Shown here one piece after another: positions 62,283 to 64,000 of a stretch of DNA of 64,000 nt (the first letter of the stretch is position 1; the number at the start of each line of letters is the position of its first letter). The position numbers and the translations under genes were made by a program. The notes below the pieces were generated by a model. It saw only the letters and a program-made list of their open reading frames with translations, was not told the DNA's origin and searched no databases. Origin of the DNA: an uncultured delta proteobacterium (GTDB lineage: Bacteria > Myxococcota_A > UBA9160 > UBA4427); NCBI GenBank assembly GCA_963822965.1, contig CAWGJT010000010.1, positions 992,001 to 1,056,000 on the forward strand, written 5' to 3'.

Positions 62283-64000
62283 CTACGGGATCTGCAGGGC
62301 CGCGCGCTTGGCCTCCGGAACGACCCCGTCCTGCCAGCCCCGCTCGGCGTAGTACTCCTCGAGCATCGACCCGAGCTCGCAGACGTGCCCCTTCGAGCCG
62401 CCCTGGTCCGACGGCTCCTCCAGGAAGCGCCGAGGCAGCGTATCGGAGCCGGCGCCGAAGCCGGCCAGGTTGTTGTAGTAGCGCTCGAGGTTGTAGACGC
62501 GCTCGCCGGCCTGCATCACGTCGTCCGCGGTCATGGGCCTCCCCATGGCCACCGAGTACTGGTCGGCGTACTCCTCCGCGCCTTCGGCGAAGGCGCTGAA
62601 CTTGCACAGATCCATGCTGTCGGAGAACGCGTGCAGGTCCTGGAAGACCTTCAGGAGCGAGCCCTTCCCCTTCCAGGCGAGCGGGTCCGCGTCGATGGGC
62701 ACGACGCCGAGCTCGGCGGCGGCCACGTAGCCGCGCAGGTGACAGGCACCGCGGTTGCTCGTCGCATAGCCCAGCCCCATGCCCTTCATGCCGCGCGGGT
62801 CGTAGGCGGGCACCGCCTGTCCCTTGCAGGCCATGGCGATCTCGGGGTGACCGATCTTCGCGGCGGCGCGGGCCGGCCCCTCGGCCAGCAGGTCGCCGTC
62901 GCCCGTTCGCTTCGCGATCTGCTCGGTCATGGCGACCATGCCCATGAAGTCGCCCCACTCGAGACCGGGCCCCGTGACCCAGCCGCGCTCGCTCGCCTCC
63001 ATGTACATCGAGAGCGCGTTGCCCAGCTCGATCGGATCCATGCCCAGGTCGTTGCACTGGTCGATCAGCTTGGCGATGGAGCCGAGGTCGTCGTTGCCGC
63101 AGTTGGCGCCGAGCGACCAGGCGGGCTCGTACTCGACGCTCTCCATCTTGAGACCCTTCCACGGGCCCTCCTTCACCTCGACCTCCTTCTTGCAGGCGAC
63201 GGGACAGGCGTGGCAGGTGGGGTTGCCGGTGAGGATCGTCTCCACGACGCGCTCGCCGCTCACCGCCTCGGCGCGGTCGCCGAACGACGTGCTCTGGCTG
63301 TTGCGCGTGCCCAGGGCGCCGATGCGGTTCGTGATGTTGGTGATGACGTTGGTGCCGTAGACCGAGAGGCCGCCCTTCTTCGGGCTGGTGATGTTGGCCT
63401 CGTCGCGGATGTGGTCGAGGGCGGTGCGGCGCACCTGCTTCCAGCGCGCGGGATCGGAGACCGTGCTCGTCTTCCGGTCGGCCTTGATGACGATGGCCTT
63501 GAGCTTCTTCACGCCGCCGACGGCCGCCGTGCCGCCCCGGCCGAAGGCACGATCGTCCTCGTTCACCCAGGCCGCAAAGCGGCACAGGGTCTCGCCCGCG
63601 GGACCAATGGCGCACACCGACACGTCCTTACCGGTGCCGTCCCCGGCGTGGCGCTGCTTCAGGATCGAGACGGTCTCGTGGATGCCGTGCCCCCAGAGAT
63701 CCGAGGCGTCGTGGAAGGAGATGGCGCCGTCCTCGATGTAGAGATACGTGGGTGCGTCGGCCGCCCCCTCGACGACGAGCCCGTCGAAGCCGGCCCAGCG
63801 CAGGCGCGCGCCCGTCCAGCCGCCCTGGTGGCTGTCGGTCACCGTGCCGGTGAGGGGCGACTTCGTGACGCACGCCCAGCGGCCGCTCATGCTGACCTCG
63901 CTGCCGGTCAGGGGGCCGTTGAGGAAGCACAGGAGGTTCTCGTCGGAGAGCGGCTCCACGTCGGGGCCGTTCTCCAGCACGTAGCGGACGCCGAGGCCGC
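62283..64000 (-). CDS. aor: Tungsten-type aldehyde:ferredoxin oxidoreductase, truncated by the right window edge
   Basis: KSPLTG, DSHQGG, GRGG, CHACPVAC, EYE, CNDLGMD, YDPRG, YATSNRGACHL, DTLPRRF, YYAERGW. Confidence 0.95.
   Translation of the reverse strand, partial: GLGVRYVLENGPDVEPLSDENLLCFLNGPLTGSEVSMSGRWACVTKSPLTGTVTDSHQGGWTGARLRWAGFDGLVVEGAADAPTYLYIEDGAISFHDASDLWGHGIHETVSILKQRHAGDGTGKDVSVCAIGPAGETLCRFAAWVNEDDRAFGRGGTAAVGGVKKLKAIVIKADRKTSTVSDPARWKQVRRTALDHIRDEANITSPKKGGLSVYGTNVITNITNRIGALGTRNSQSTSFGDRAEAVSGERVVETILTGNPTCHACPVACKKEVEVKEGPWKGLKMESVEYEPAWSLGANCGNDDLGSIAKLIDQCNDLGMDPIELGNALSMYMEASERGWVTGPGLEWGDFMGMVAMTEQIAKRTGDGDLLAEGPARAAAKIGHPEIAMACKGQAVPAYDPRGMKGMGLGYATSNRGACHLRGYVAAAELGVVPIDADPLAWKGKGSLLKVFQDLHAFSDSMDLCKFSAFAEGAEEYADQYSVAMGRPMTADDVMQAGERVYNLERYYNNLAGFGAGSDTLPRRFLEEPSDQGGSKGHVCELGSMLEEYYAERGWQDGVVPEAKRAALQIP

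Overview
High-GC (roughly 70% by eye) bacterial chromosomal window, densely coding, with about 65 genes. The repertoire (Ser/Thr kinase plus FHA, FHA-GGDEF, PilZ-DUF4388, PEP-CTERM, several P450s, LLM and Baeyer-Villiger monooxygenases) suggests a Myxococcota/deltaproteobacterial-type organism; that is inference only. No transposase, integrase, phage gene or CRISPR array was found. One tRNA-Arg(CCT) is present. Main points of interest: (i) an Erm-type 23S rRNA methyltransferase preceded by an unannotated, apparently leaderless 29-codon leader (MLTVIIRVR...) whose macrolide-arrest-like IRVR motif sits on the erm start codon; (ii) an uncharacterised three-gene unit of a diiron ferritin-like protein, an SCP2-like protein and a 2x[4Fe-4S] ferredoxin; (iii) a CYP51-like P450 with ferredoxin directly behind a cobalt nitrile hydratase operon; (iv) a large beta-propeller/di-heme cytochrome protein next to a tungsten AOR and MoaD; (v) many TAnnnT-N6-8-start (leaderless) gene starts, two of them opening short uORFs coupled to the next gene; (vi) non-coding oddities: a triple G-quadruplex-type tandem repeat, three tandem duplications spanning stop codons, a 13-bp triple repeat and a twice-occurring palindromic element. 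Several genes (kinase, CYP51, M24 peptidase, 2OG oxygenase) carry single-base frameshifts that look like assembly errors. All family calls come from motif recognition, not database searches.
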